Shown: positions 1 through 13,419 of the stretch, piece after piece | How positions within the stretch are numbered: the stretch's first letter is position 1 | How the letters are laid out: every line of letters starts with the position of its first letter | Assembly: GCA_045837725.1 (NCBI GenBank) | Contig: JBEWZL010000123.1 | Coordinates: 248,001-312,000 of the forward strand | DNA length: 64,000 nucleotides | Direction of reading: 5' to 3' | From: Vermamoeba vermiformis | Taxonomy: Eukaryota | Position numbers and translations under genes: made by a program | The notes under the pieces: generated by a model | What the model saw: only the letters and a program-made list of their open reading frames with translations | What the model was told of the DNA's origin: nothing | Database searches by the model: none

Positions 1-219
1 TTCCTTCTTGGTCTAAAAATAATACTAATATTAGGACCGTGATATAAACCAATCACAACTATAATGGTGCATATTGTCATGCCATTTTTGCAATAAATAA
101 TCATTAATTCGCACCTCTTTTTTGTAGTAAGATAAAACGTCTCCTTCCAAGGCCATCCATCTCTTCTTCCAGGTTTTAATTTTACCACCTTCTTTTACGA
201 CCCAACCTGCTTTGCTCAT
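1..219 (-). CDS. PH-domain protein, 5' part (runs off the window)
   Basis: MSKAGWVVKEGGKIKTWKKRWMAL..LSYYK matches the PH beta1-beta3 pattern; GT donor near 115 and AG acceptor near 13. Confidence 0.8.
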
Positions 220-558
220 ATTGTTGTTTTTATAGTTGTATTAGCCTCGAGGCGTGTGGTTGTGGTGTTGCTCGTGTACAACAATAACGAAATAATTTTT
301 ATTCCACACGGATATTTATCCTGAAAACAACAGAAAGGGGACCTTTTAATCATCAAGCGCAATTCAAGTCACCTATCGTATTAGGTTAAACAATTGAGTA
401 GAATCTATCTGTCAGCGGAGGAATAATTTGTAAGTACTGATCGAGATTCAGCAACGGAATTCTGGATCCCTTTGCTATTACGCGAGCAATTCGCAATCTA
501 TACTGCTATAGTAGTAAACTAAGCCTTCTTTCTTAAATTTAGTCACAAAGGACGAAGG

Positions 559-3182
559 ATGTCAGGTGGCAAGTAAAAGTCTTTTAGTTGTTGGAGGCCA
601 TAATAATTATAATAATTTCTCGTGCACGTAGTTTATACGTGGGGCTGCGATCAAGGCAATTTAGGCAGCGACAACGGCGGATCTTTATTCAGATTGGTCG
701 ATTTTGACAACAGACCTATCAGACACGTTGCCGCAGGTCGTGCAGGTACTGCTGTGCTTACAGGTTAGTATTTTTCGATTTTTCCAATAAAATCTCCATT
801 GCGTTATTATTACGCAAAACGACGGTCCTAATAATAAGGAACTAACGAAAAAAACGAAACTTCTCAGAGGATGGTGAATTGTTTCTATTTGGCATGTTTG
901 GTAGATCTGGCGTCTCCATAAAGACTACCTCAAAGGATTTTATTCATGACAAGATTCTCGGCGTGTCATGTGGAATGGACTGCGTTGCCTTTTACACCGA
1001 GAAGAATGAAGTAAGACTGCATTACCATATGTAGCTTGCTTACATATAAAATTAACATATTGTGGTAGATTTGGGCTTGGGGTCCTTACATCAGCGAAGA
1101 TCCAGATCCCGCTATCATCCATCGATTTCCAAAAGACGTACTGATCAAGCAGATAGCTTGCGGTGGAATGCACTGTCTTGTACTTACTAACCAAGGCAAG
1201 CCCTATCATAAGTCTGAATATGATGACTCATATTTGCGTTAGGAGTGTACGCGTGGGGTGGGAACAACAACGGTCAGATGGGCACGGGAGATGTATATAT
1301 GCCAATGATGATGCATGCAGGGGCAGTACAGTACAAGCAATTGCTGCCTATAGTTGCCCTTAAGAACAAGAACATCGTTCAGATTGCTGCAGGAGGATAC
1401 CACTCGTTGGCATTGACCGGTAAGGGATCAGATCCAGGCAAGCGAGGCCGCTAATATATTTCCCAGACGCTGGTGAGGTTTACAGCTTTGGAGCAGGAGG
1501 ATACGGCCAGCTTGGCACTGGAAACAAAATCAATCAAACGGTACCAACTTTGGCACTAGAGCTCGCGAGCAAGAAGATCAATTTCATCGCAGCTGGACCT
1601 TCTCACTCGATCGCAATCTCGACTGACGGCAAGGTAAGTTAATACAATCCTATTGATCATTACTTATACTGTTATCCTAAGGCGTACTTGTTCGGTCGTA
1701 CAGAAAGCAAACAATGCAATTGCACCGCACCCGAGAATGCATGTCTTCAGCCTGTGGAAGTGTCAATCAAAGACGACTTCTTTGTCTACGGCGCAGCAGC
1801 ACATAGCTGCACATACTTAGTCACTGTTAGCGGCAAGATCCACGACTACGGAATGTTATGGGTAAGCCTCAGAACATTCTGTCAGACCTTTGTTAACATG
1901 ACGCAAACACAGCAAAATACCGAAAATGTGATGGTCGGGAAAGATGGAGGCGTGTTCAAAGACAAGATTGTTCGTCAAATATGGTGCGGTCATTACCACG
2001 CCGTGGCTGTGGTCGGTGAAATGAAAGTGAACATCAGTCCGTCAACGCTCATTGCCAACATGCAAACAGTGTACAACGACACACTCCACAAGGACATGAC
2101 ACTACAGACCTCTCAAGGTGAGAAGAAGGTTCACGGCGTAGTGCTATCGTCGCTCTCTGAAGTCGTTGCTCTGAAGGCACAGGCTGACAAATCACGTGTC
2201 AACATCGTTGAAGAGCTGAAACAACTGTCAGCAGAACAAGTTGAGATGTTGTTGAAGTACTGCTACGGCATCAGCAGCGAAGTTAAACCAGAAGATTTGA
2301 AGGCACTCCTCGATGCCGCTAAGAGTCTGAAGCTGCCGCACCTAGTACACGCACAAGGTATGAAAGAGTCGCTTTAAACAGTTGTCTAATGCCTGCAATA
2401 GAAGGATCGTTCGTAGTCATATCCACAGAGGGTCTGTCGTCAGCACTCAGCAAGACATTCAAGGCACAGGACCAAAGATTCAGCGACATCACGTTCACTT
2501 TTGACAATTGCCCCGACAAGTTACACGCACACAAGATCATTTTGTCATCACGATGCGAGTACTTCAGAGGTCTGTTCGACTTGGGAATGAAAGAGAGCAA
2601 ACAAGACACAATGCACATCAGTGAATGGAGCATGGAGTCGTTCAGAGTGATGCTCGAGTTCTTGTACAGCGATCAACTGTCGAGTGTGACAGGTGAGAAT
2701 GCATTGGAAGTGCTTCAATTGGCCACAACGTACTTGATCCAACGACTGATTGACAAGTGTGAAGAGTTTATCGTTGAGAATATGACACTTGACACTCTTG
2801 TTGACCTGTACATCTTCGCCGATACAATCAACGCCAAACAGATCCAGCGTGGCTGTCAGTTCCTACTGCGCAGAGAGGCACCTAAGACCGATCTTGGAAA
2901 GGTCCCAAATTACGATAAATTGACTCCATCTCAGAAGGCATTCTTGAGCAAAGATATTCAAGCCGAGTCTATTATTACAGGTAATTAGTTAATCACGGAC
3001 ATAGCTAGCTAGAATGCTCTGCGGTTAATAATTATGATTTATTGTTAGATGTCCGTGTGGAGATGACGCCGTACAAATTTATCGAGAAGATTAACGCCGA
3101 TGAAGAGCTACGCAATCCTTATCCTAGACCCAATAATAACAATAACCGTAATAACGATAAAAAACGATGTATCGTTAGCTGA
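559..3182 (+). CDS. RCC1-repeat + tandem BTB/POZ protein with C-terminal CaaX (copy 1), multi-exon
   Basis: RCC1 motifs (VYAWGGNNNGQMG, IAAGGYHSLALT, FGAGGYGQLG); BTB motif (SDITFTF..LHAHKIILSSRCEYF); last exon 3049-3182 ends KKRCIVS*. Confidence 0.9.
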
Positions 3183-3274
3183 GAGGTAAAATTCGGCAAG
3201 ATTTTCGGTCAACCGCAATCATACAGTATTTACTTTATATAATAATTATAATATATTTTGTTAAACAAAGCACC

Positions 3275-4311
3275 ATGAAGCTCTTATTAACTTTTCTACT
3301 AATTACTGCGCTCGCCGTTGTGTCTTCGAGGGCTCAATCCAACGGTACGTGCTACAACTACATTGTGTGCCCTAGCCACTGCCCTCACTTTGGTCAATTG
3401 CCTATGGTCGCTATTATGATACCGCTATTTACCTTCGACGACTTCAGATCGAACATGGATAGCGCGATCTCGTACGTCCAACAATATCCTGGCGTAATTA
3501 TGGATGACAAATTATTGTTGTTGCATACCTCATTGAATTGTAAGTACTAATACTCAGATTTATTATTTTTGGAATTATCTAAAATAATTCTGATTTTGTA
3601 CCGGACGCATCCAGCAACCAAAATCTAAATTACCTACAACGTCAACCCGCTTTGATGAATGTTAGTTAATTATATTGACATACCACAGATTTCTGCTGCA
3701 TGAGCGAATTTACGCTGATCAAGGTCGGAGCTTTGCTACTAGACTTCCCTTGGACTTCATTCAACGCTTCATTTACTGAGTCTGCTTGCAATTTTGATCC
3801 ACTCGCACCTGGCAAGAACTCAATTATTGCTTTCGCTGATAAACAAAGTCAAGTTACGATGGGTGCTGTTGCGGATGCGGTCGAAGAATACTTGCTCAAA
3901 AACGGTACGATATATACACTTCTTTATAATGTAGATCAATATCCACCATACCGATCCAACTCAACTTAATTTGGTTCTTTTTCGCGATCCGCTTTTACGG
4001 AAATTTCGTTAGAAAATTGCTTCCTTCAATCTTATTTGACCTTAGTACCTTAATTAGGCATTAAATTGATGTACCGAAGAAAACAACAAGAACCATTCCA
4101 CAGCACCTTGGCTCAAGTCACGATGGACTATCCAGTAGATCAAGTTATTCCAGCACTCAACGCCAAGTTCCCTTCGTACAATACTAATCCTTTGACTATT
4201 GAATTCGCGTTCCTGCCTGACCCTCCTATACCCTTCATATTCTCGCCTAATAGCACGAAATCGATGGAGCACTTGCGGATCTTCAATAAGTTGCCTGATT
4301 TTAAACGCTAA
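3275..4311 (+). CDS. Secreted protein with two HxT/S motifs, 2H-phosphoesterase (LigT-like) candidate, 3 exons
   Basis: Signal peptide MKLLLTFLLITALAVVSSRA; spliced product contains LHTSLNY and PFHSTLAQV at 2H-like spacing. Confidence 0.65.
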
Positions 4312-4560
4312 GGAGATTGTAATAAACTTAAGCAGACACCTATTGTCAATTTTTTGATGTTAAATTGTGCATGCGGAATATTGAACTTCAGTTTGACCAA
4401 ACATTGACTTTTTTTCGGATCTCGCTTGCCTCTGGCTACTGTTAACAGCTACATCATTCATTTAGGCGATAATGAAACATATAGTCCGCCTATAGTGCTC
4501 TTATATATCTGATCTTACTGACACTGCGACCGGAATTCTGAGTTTAGTCCGCATCTCAGA

Positions 4561-7290
4561 ATGTCGTCAGGTAACCACAACTCATTAAATAATATAATGA
4601 CTCCCGCATGCTAAATGATTATATCGTGTAGTATATACTTGGGGCTGCGGTTTTGAAGGCCGTTTAGGCAACGGCAATGCTGAAGATGAATGTCGAGGCT
4701 CGTTAATTCATATAGCCGAGCTTGAAAATAGGCCAATTAAATTTGTTTCTGCTGGAAGAAAAGTGACCGCTGTTTTAACTGGTAAGTATTGGCTTTTAAT
4801 AGTAAATTAATGCATTTTTGATTTTTTATTTGACAAGATCCGATATTTAAGTCCATAATAAATATCGTATTAATTATAGCTATACTGATATTTATTATTG
4901 TCTATTAGAGGATGGCGAATTGATAATTTACGGTGAAATTATATCTAATCAACAAAATCTTCGCGTGTCTATCAAAGAATTGATGCCCGAGGCTGTAGTT
5001 CGCGGTGTTGCGTGTGGATTAAATAATCTTGCATTTTATACCGAGAAAAATGAGGTAAGAATCAAAGACTAGTACTGTACAGATCTCAGATCCGGTCGTC
5101 CTCGATAATCATTGTAATATTAATGCTAGATCATAGGTCTATGTATGGGGCGATGCATTTAACCCGACAAAAGGACCAAAGAAAGTTCATCGATTTGAAG
5201 AAAATGTCAAAATTAAGCAGATCGCGTGCGGTGCTCTTCATTGCCTCGTATTAACCGATTATGGTAATAATAATTTAAATCATAGTCATTGGAAACAATA
5301 GATCACAAAGATAAGTCATTAACGGAAGACTCAATTTTACACTTACCGCATCTAGGTGTCTATGGCTTTGGCAACAATCACTCAGGTCAACTAGGTCTTG
5401 ATATGACACAACGTGGTATGGTGCCCAGAGGAAACGTGCAACACTCAGAACTGCAGCTCATTAAGGCGTTGACTGATAAGAACATTGTCAAAATTGCTTG
5501 TGGTGGATATCATTCGTTAGTTCTAACTGGTATGTACACTAAACTACATATAGTATTATATAATGTATTTTTTGTTATTTTGTTAGATTTGTTCTTACTT
5601 TTTTCTTGTAGATCAAGGTGAAGTGTTCGGATTTGGAGCAGGAAATTACGGCCAATTAGGCAACGGCAGTGTCATTAATAAATCGACAATAATACCTGCC
5701 AAGGCGTTAGCAGGCAAGAAGATCAATTTCATCGCAGCTGGACCTTCTCACTCGATCGCGATCTCGACTGACGGCAAAGTGAGTAAAGATAATCAATACG
5801 ATTTATTTAAATAAGACACTATCGCTAACCCTTCACATTAATAATATAGGCCTATTTATTCGGTCGTACAGAAAGCAAACAATGCAATTGCACAGCACCC
5901 GAGAACGCGTGTGTACAGCCTGTGGAAGTGTCTATGAAAGATGAATACTTCGTCTATGGCGCAGCAGCACATAGCTGCACATACTTAGTCACTGTTAGTG
6001 GAAGAATTTTTAGCTATGGAACGTTGTGGGTAAGTCTAAGTTCGAGGAAAAAAATTGGTGTTTAAAATCGATGCGGGACATCATCTTTGACCGATGTTGA
6101 TTATGTTTGTATAGGGCGAGGAGAAATATAACACCAATTTTATTGGTCAAGGACAGACCCTCAACGATAAATTCATTCATCAAATATGGTGCGGTCATTA
6201 CCACGCCATAGCCGTAGTCGGAGATATGCGCGTGAACATCAGTCCGTCAACATTCATTGCCAACATGCAAACAGCGTACAACGACACACTTCACAAGGAC
6301 ACGACATTAGTAACATCTCACACTAAGAAACAAGTCCATAGCGTCATATTCTCAGCTTTATCGGAGGTCATTCGGGCGAAATTATTAGACGACAAAATGA
6401 TCTACTTCAGCAACACCATTGATTTGACAAATGAACTAATAGACCTGCCACAGCACCTATTCGAAGTGATCGTTCAATATTGTTATGGAATCAGCAGTGA
6501 GATCAACAAAGAAGACTTGAAATTGTTAGTCAAAGTCGGCGAAACCTTAAAGTTTGAAGCACTCGTCAGCGAATGCAAGAGACTCGAGCCAACCAACGGT
6601 ACGGTATATTTGTAGAGCTCGGCAGGTGGTAGTATTATATTAATGATATCATATGTAGAGACATTCTTATCGATCCCACTAAAGTCCCTAAGTGAAGCAC
6701 TGGGAAGAATCTTCGCAGCACAAGACGCACGGACTTCAGATATCACGTTCACTTTTGACAACACCCCCGACAAGTTACACGCACACAAAATCATTCTGTC
6801 ATCTCGATGCGAGTACTTCAGAGGTCTGTTCGACTTGGGAATGAAAGAGAGCAAACAAGACACAATGCACATCAGTGAGTGGAGCATGGAGTCATTCAGA
6901 GTGATGCTCGAGTTCTTGTACAGCGATCAACTGTCGAGTGTGACAGGTGAGAATGCATTGGAAGTGCTTCAATTGGCCACAACGTACTTAATCCAACGAC
7001 TGATTGACAAGTGTGAAGAGTTTATCGTTGAGAATATGACACTCGATAATATCGTCGAGTTGTATTTGTTCTCTGAAACACTCAATCTTAAACAGATCCA
7101 GCGCGGCTGTCAGTTCTTAGTGCGCAGAGAAATGTATCAAAAACCAGTCGAGTCATTGCCTGGCTATGAAAAATTGAGTGCCGTCCAAAAAGAACAATTG
7201 AAACAGTTCTTGTCTGGCAAACCTGTCGGAGCTGATAATACCGATAATAATGACAAACCAACCGAATCGAGTCGATGTATTATCAGTTAA
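4561..7290 (+). CDS. RCC1-repeat + tandem BTB/POZ protein with C-terminal CaaX (copy 2), multi-exon
   Basis: Same domain order and largely the same intron positions as copy 1; ends SSRCIIS*. Confidence 0.9.
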
Positions 7291-7356
7291 TAATAACAAT
7301 AAATACTGGTCGTGTTGCAAACAGATCTTGTTTAGTTAGCAGATCTAGCATCAAAT

Positions 7357-10298
7357 TTATGCACTAAAGTCGTAAGCGTGAAACTTGGTGCTATAATAGC
7401 TTCCACTGCGCTGTATCAACAAGTACCTGTCATTGATAATAGGATACGTATTTAAATCCTGCTGTTCAAAAGGCTTCCAAATTCGTTCCCACTGCCGCGT
7501 TTTGAGATCCATTTGCACGGCCAGTTTGTATGGCCCAGTCTCAGCCAACATGCGTTGATTTCGAACATCAATACTGACACCATACATCGTGTTGACATTA
7601 CTAAGCAGCACTTGATAACGTTGTGCTTCTAACATTCTAACGTCGTATAATACAACTTCTCTAGTGAGCGTTCCCAAAGCCAAAGTGTGTTCGTCCATCA
7701 TGCCGTAATTTTGCGCAATGCCTAATCCGGTCATTGACTGCACGACAACCAAGTTCTCGTCGAAGATATTCACTGAATGCCAATTGTTGCCGACTGTCAT
7801 TGAGCGATTGAACAGATTGGGTATGAACTTTAGGCATTTCATTTCTTGCAGTCTTTGCAATGACTTTTTTAGCCGTTAAGTCGACAACTCGCACTCCTAA
7901 AAAAAAAAACTCGGTTAATATAATAATATTAAGATTGTTCTAAATGAGGTTAAATTTTCAATCTTTCTCAATATCGTATCAAATTTTCATGCCATCGAGT
8001 TATTCATTTTTGTCGCGGCTAAACCGGGAAATTTCATTCTTTTATACTTACTTCCGGGTATGATGACGCGGCCAGGGCTCAATGCATGAATATCACCAGT
8101 CTCGTAATTCAGTGGATGGTCAGCAGTCAGGAACCTGGTCATTGGCGACGTGCTACCAAGCCGTCCGTATAGCAACTCTCCTTGACTGCTATATATGGCT
8201 ACGGATGCTGGTGCTAATGGCGGTGACTCCAGCAAACAGTGACTGATACCCATGAAATTTGCAGGCCAGTCCATGTCATACTGCTGATCAGTATGCAAAT
8301 TCAGCCATTTAATCCTTCGCATTCCATGGCAGCTCAACCAATTATCGTCCAACGTGTAGCGTCGTACGTAATCCTGGAACTCTAGCAATATTTTTTCGCG
8401 GAATTTTCCTTTGCGCCAATTTCTTTTATACCTAAACCAAACAGAGGTTACATCAAATATAATATTATATGATAGTGATTACTTACTCTTCGGTGTTCAA
8501 AACGTATTTTTTAAGACTTCTCTGTCTGCATCGGAATATCTCCGGGAAGCGAGATTTTAGAGTTCTTAAGCACTGCCCTCCACAATGAATTACTGTCGAA
8601 TCTCTCAAACGATTGGTGCATTTGTTTTGAGATCATAAACAACCGCATAATGTCTTGTACCGACAGATCTGTCATTATTATCTCCAATATCTCGCTCGGG
8701 AGATTAACGAACTCAAAGGTCGTTTGTTCGTCACCTTTGAAATTTACTTCCGATAAAGTTTCTATGTTCGACACCGCTGTTATACTTATTAGGAATATTT
8801 CCTTAAATGGTCATTAGAAGAAAGTACGTACAGTCGCATTTGTGCCTGTCCAAATTTGGAGATTTGTACCCGTTCTGCGCCATAAAAGCACCAATCGCTC
8901 TGTCTTGCACTTTATCCACAAATTCTTGTAATTGATCGCGTTTGTCAAATTTTTCTATCGCTTCAATTACAGCCGCTAACAATACCAAATTAATACTCGT
9001 ACTATCGTCGTATATTATACTTACTGTCGTAGTATCTAAACCGCTCTCTGGCGGTCATATTCCGCATTAGGAAAGTGTTCAGCGCTCCGGCTCTAAAATA
9101 ATAGTAAATTAATTATGGCTAAAGAAGCGTTGAAATTCAAACATACAGCTGAGTATATATTTTTAATCTAGCGTCTTTCCATATCAATTCAAATTGCTTG
9201 TTAGTGCAGTAACTCATAATGTCCTTGCCGTCCTTGGATCTGACTGCAAGAAAAAAAAAGTTAATCTAACTGACCTTTCATTTAAAGTTCAACTTACATT
9301 CAGAGAAATCTTTGGGCCATACTACTGCATTGAATAACATGACGTAGTTGACCTTTAAGCAGTACACCGCTGGAATCAGTCCTTCAGGCCCGCTCGGGAT
9401 CTCGAACACTTGTTTATCGAAGTGCTGGATGAACTTGATCATGGCTAGCTTATAGTCTTTGTTTATTTTTGCCATTAGAATGTGCATTGGGATGGTATAG
9501 CCTACAATTAAAGTTAGCAATAACGCATCCAGTACGCGTTGACCAAAATTTGACCAAAAATGTAATCTCAAAGTCAATCTCGATATTAGCGACCCAACTG
9601 AGTTGAAATGATATAATATAGCATATAGTATGAAGCTCAAGTTCCATACCTTCAGGACTAAGGATCCGAAAGTTGTCATCCAAGCGCATGAAGGCCATAA
9701 AAGCGCCAGGTTGCTCAACGGAATCAAATACGGTCAATAATTTGCCGTAATGGTCTTTCACTACTTTGTAAAACGGATTTTCATATGATGTGGGCTGGAA
9801 ACGCGATCCTCCAGCATAAATGTGAGCACCGCTACCTCGTAGAGCACGTAAATTCCTCTTCTTGACTCTCCTCATAGCATAAACGGCATTGCCTATTCAA
9901 GTTAAATGGTTAACTTTAAAGACTAGATCTGCAGTAGTTACGTGCGTACCTAAGCACTGGCACCAAACTGATTTCGTAGCTATGATTTCACTCGGCTTCT
10001 TATCTCGTATATAATCCCACCCCAATACTTCATAGCACGCTAATATATTCGCGGCTTCAGTACAGCCGTGGACTAACGCCTGAAATAAAAATTGAATTTA
10101 ATGAAAGTAAATCAGAAAAATCCAAAATTAATTTATTACCGTCTCTAGAGCGCATAGATCGTCGATAAATTCTTTTCGAAGAGTTGCTGACCAGTCCACT
10201 CTTTGGTCGCCAAGAAGACTTATCAATTTTTCGCTATCATTTGACTTCGCCGCAGCGAATAAATCGGCGATAGTAGGCGTTCGGGAAGCAAGATCCAT
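7357..10298 (-). CDS. Ankyrin-like N-terminus + central F-box + C-terminal WD40-like beta-propeller, multi-exon
   Basis: Exons at about 9245-9147, 9092-9025, 8977-8833 and 8777 onward splice in frame; F-box FVNLPSEILEIIMTDLSVQDIMRLFMISKQM; beta-rich C-terminus (LALGTLTREVVLYDVR); ankyrin-like LFAAAKSNDSEKLISLL. Confidence 0.65.
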
Positions 10299-10427
10299 AG
10301 CCTCTATTTTGGTGGAAGTCGGATCCAATAAAAAATAAATGAGAATTTTGGGTGCGTAAAAAAATTGACCTTTCGAACAGCCTCCTAAAATACAGTTTTT
10401 AATTCTCTTTTGTAATGGTCGACACTA

Positions 10428-13419
10428 TTAGCTTAGACTGTTCCTTGGTGGTCGTTTAGTAGTTTCAATAGGCTTCCAAACCGGTTTCTTTGGTAGCGAC
10501 ACTGAAGGAGTCCGGTTGGCGCGTTTGAAAACAAACTTCTTTTCATCGAATGTAAATTGTGCTGCTTGTAGTACGTGCTCTTCGTCGTCTATCTGAGTAT
10601 CTAGTAAAAAAAATATATTAAGAGATGTTGGTGGTACCGTAAAAACTGGCGGATGTGGCAGGAGCAAAAAAAGATATTGGATTCATTGGAGGCAAAGTGA
10701 CGCATGATAGTCGTCCCTTTGTACTATGATGATCCTTCCTGGACATAGTCATGTCCTTCCGTAAAATTTACAACTTGATTATTGGGTCGTGGATCTGACT
10801 TCGTGCCAGCTCCGCAATCGACACTGAAAATATTATGGGTCCACTAATGACACCAAAAAAATTGCGACACGTCATGTACTTTTGCTTAAATATATCTATA
10901 TAAGCAAACTGAACGACTTACTGCCAGTGTATAATCCAAACCAGACTTTGTCTTGCGGTGAAATTTTCAACTTGGTCACGACAGTGTGAATAATGTCCTT
11001 CGCTTTGTGACTCGGCTTCACGTTCATCGTGATGAACTGTTTGCCTGAGAAGCCTTCTAAGTGAATACGCAGCAGCTGTGGCTTATCTTCGGTCGCGTCT
11101 GACCACTCGCTCTAAAAGGAAAAAAAAATGAGAATTTTTGACGGTAATTTGATATTCGTACCTCTTTTTCGAGATTAGGTGCCTTAGCGAGCAATAAGAA
11201 CAAATAAGGAATGACAATCATTTCGTCAACGAGGATCTTCTCCTTTAAAATCTTTGTCGGCGAGGTGCCTAGTTCCGGCGTGGTAACTGTTTTTCGAGGA
11301 GTAGGGACTTGAGTGGGTTTGATTTGCGGTGATATAGGCGGGCTGGTGGTATTAATACTCGATTGATTATTGACTACTGATGTCCTTCTAATCTCGCTGG
11401 AGGAATGCAAACGAGATCCAATGCTCACTCTGCTCAATTCGTTTTGCATCCACATTGTTCCCTGCATATCGTCACCGTCCTTTTCGACGAGAAAATCGCT
11501 GCCAAAGAGCAAATGTGGCACGTGGAATTTCTCCTCGGCGGTAGCAAATACGACTTCGAGATTGTACGCGTGATTGTCCTACACAAGCCTGGTTAGTATC
11601 GACGTACTTTCGAATTAACGCGTGTGCACTTACTCCTAATATGGTCATATCTACAGCCCCTGGTGCCATGCCATTCAATATCGCGGCAAAGGCAAGTCCG
11701 TCGGCAAAGCTAGTGCTACGTTAGCGCTTTGATTACATTTTTCTTCCAGTGCTTACCTAGTAGAGAAGTCATTGATCTCTACAGCAGAATTCTTCGCGCA
11801 GTTCTTGCACCAGTTCAGTAAATAATCGCGCTTGACAGGCTCAGCCACTACACAAGTATGTTAGTACTAGCGCCCTGGATAATAGCGTCAATGGCACGTA
11901 CTCTGTGCTGGCCCTGAAGTGAACATTATAATTGACCAGACAAGACCCAATATAGCGCTCAACTCGCCACGTACAATACCTAAACGACCTGTGAGAACGT
12001 ATTCATCGAATCACTACGTGATGCTTACCACTAGCAGTAACTTCCGGTCCAAGCATTCCACCTTCGTTTCTGAATATATCCAAGACAATGGAGATGTTAT
12101 TTATAGCTTGAAACTCGCTCTCGACCTCAACCATTGGTAATAACGGCCGTTGAAATAGAATTTCGAGCAAAGTCATTAATAGACGTCCATCAAACAAGTC
12201 TTTTCTGAAATCAATCACTTGTAGGTCTCGCTTCTTCAAGTGAATATTCATCCAATCTTGAAACACCTGTGCGATCATTAGCAATGCTAAATGTGCCATT
12301 TCCTATCGTACCCTAGCTCTATTTTCGATAATTCTGCGCTCTATTTCATCGGTTTTTCCGGGTTTCTTTTTGACAGTCGTGTTGAAGTCCTACGTGACAT
12401 GACGTTAACTCAACGTTGTTAAAGTCATAGGCTTCAAACCTTAAGCGTCAACAACCGTGCTTGAGGATGTATCCGACTAGCCGCTTCTCGTAGTTTATCT
12501 TGCCACCTATTATTGGTCAATATTAGACTGGTAGTAACGCGTCAAAAGCACGTGTCACTTACTGTATCAAATTCTTTTCTGAAGACGCTGCAAATATGTA
12601 CAACCCAGTAGCTATCAACAATTGTTAATAAACGTACATATAAACAATAATAATATTGGTGATACACAATAAGGTTATATAAAACGGTATCACCCCTTCA
12701 CACGGCGTTACCTGACACGAGCATAAATTTCGGAACGGTGGGCTTTGTCGTTAAAATAGAAAAGCCCAAATATGTAATAGGTATGACACCGAGCGGAGCT
12801 TCCTATATGATACAGAGATATAGATACATAATACATAGATCTGATTCTAATTTCAATCTCGACGTGCAATTGGCATCTCGTAGATTTGAGCAAATAATAT
12901 GACAGTAAATTGTATCATTCCGATTATTACCTGCGTCGGGTGCGTGTAATAGTGGATTCGATCCTCCAATAAAACTACGAATCTTTTCTTCCAGTTCTTC
13001 TTGATTTTCTTTTTCTTTAACCAGCCCATATGAATTGCATTTTTGTGATATTGACTGTAATCTCTTTCATCTTCAAGTAAACTGTCAAAGGCAACGGTCG
13101 TCCCAAGATCTTTCATAAATTCGTCGTCCGAGTCTGAGTCAGAAAACTAAATCATAAATATTAATAATATGTAGAAAAAGTGATTATAAGCGAAATAAGT
13201 GTAAAATGTAGGCAGGAGTGACAGATGAAATTTGAAAAATACTGCTTTTGGCATTCCTGCCCATAAATTAGTTTATATTAACTTTAATTGTATTATTTCC
13301 ATTATTTATACCGCAGTAATAATTATATTAACGATAAGTATCGAGCTACATACAATTTCAACCGGTTTTTCGTCCACAGGAGCGTACGAGGACACGCCCT
13401 CGAAATGAACGTTTGCCAT
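10428..13419 (-). CDS. PH + tandem calponin-homology (actin-binding) + RA/FERM-F1-like domain protein, multi-exon
   Basis: PH: HMGWLKKKKIKKNWKKRFVVL. CH1: VFQDWMNIHL..DLFDGRLLMTLLEIL..ILGLVWSII. CH2: LLNWC..DFSTSFADGLAFAAIL. Ubiquitin-like: FITMNVKPSHKAKDII..WFGLY. Start uncertain (13419 or 13254). Confidence 0.8.

Noticed and set aside
2319-6887. Repeated antisense ORFs (MLHSLMCIVS.. at 2319-2633 and 6483-6887) and similar shadow ORFs in the dikinase array
   Set aside because: They are reverse-strand or alternate-frame shadows of near-identical coding tracts, not independent genes
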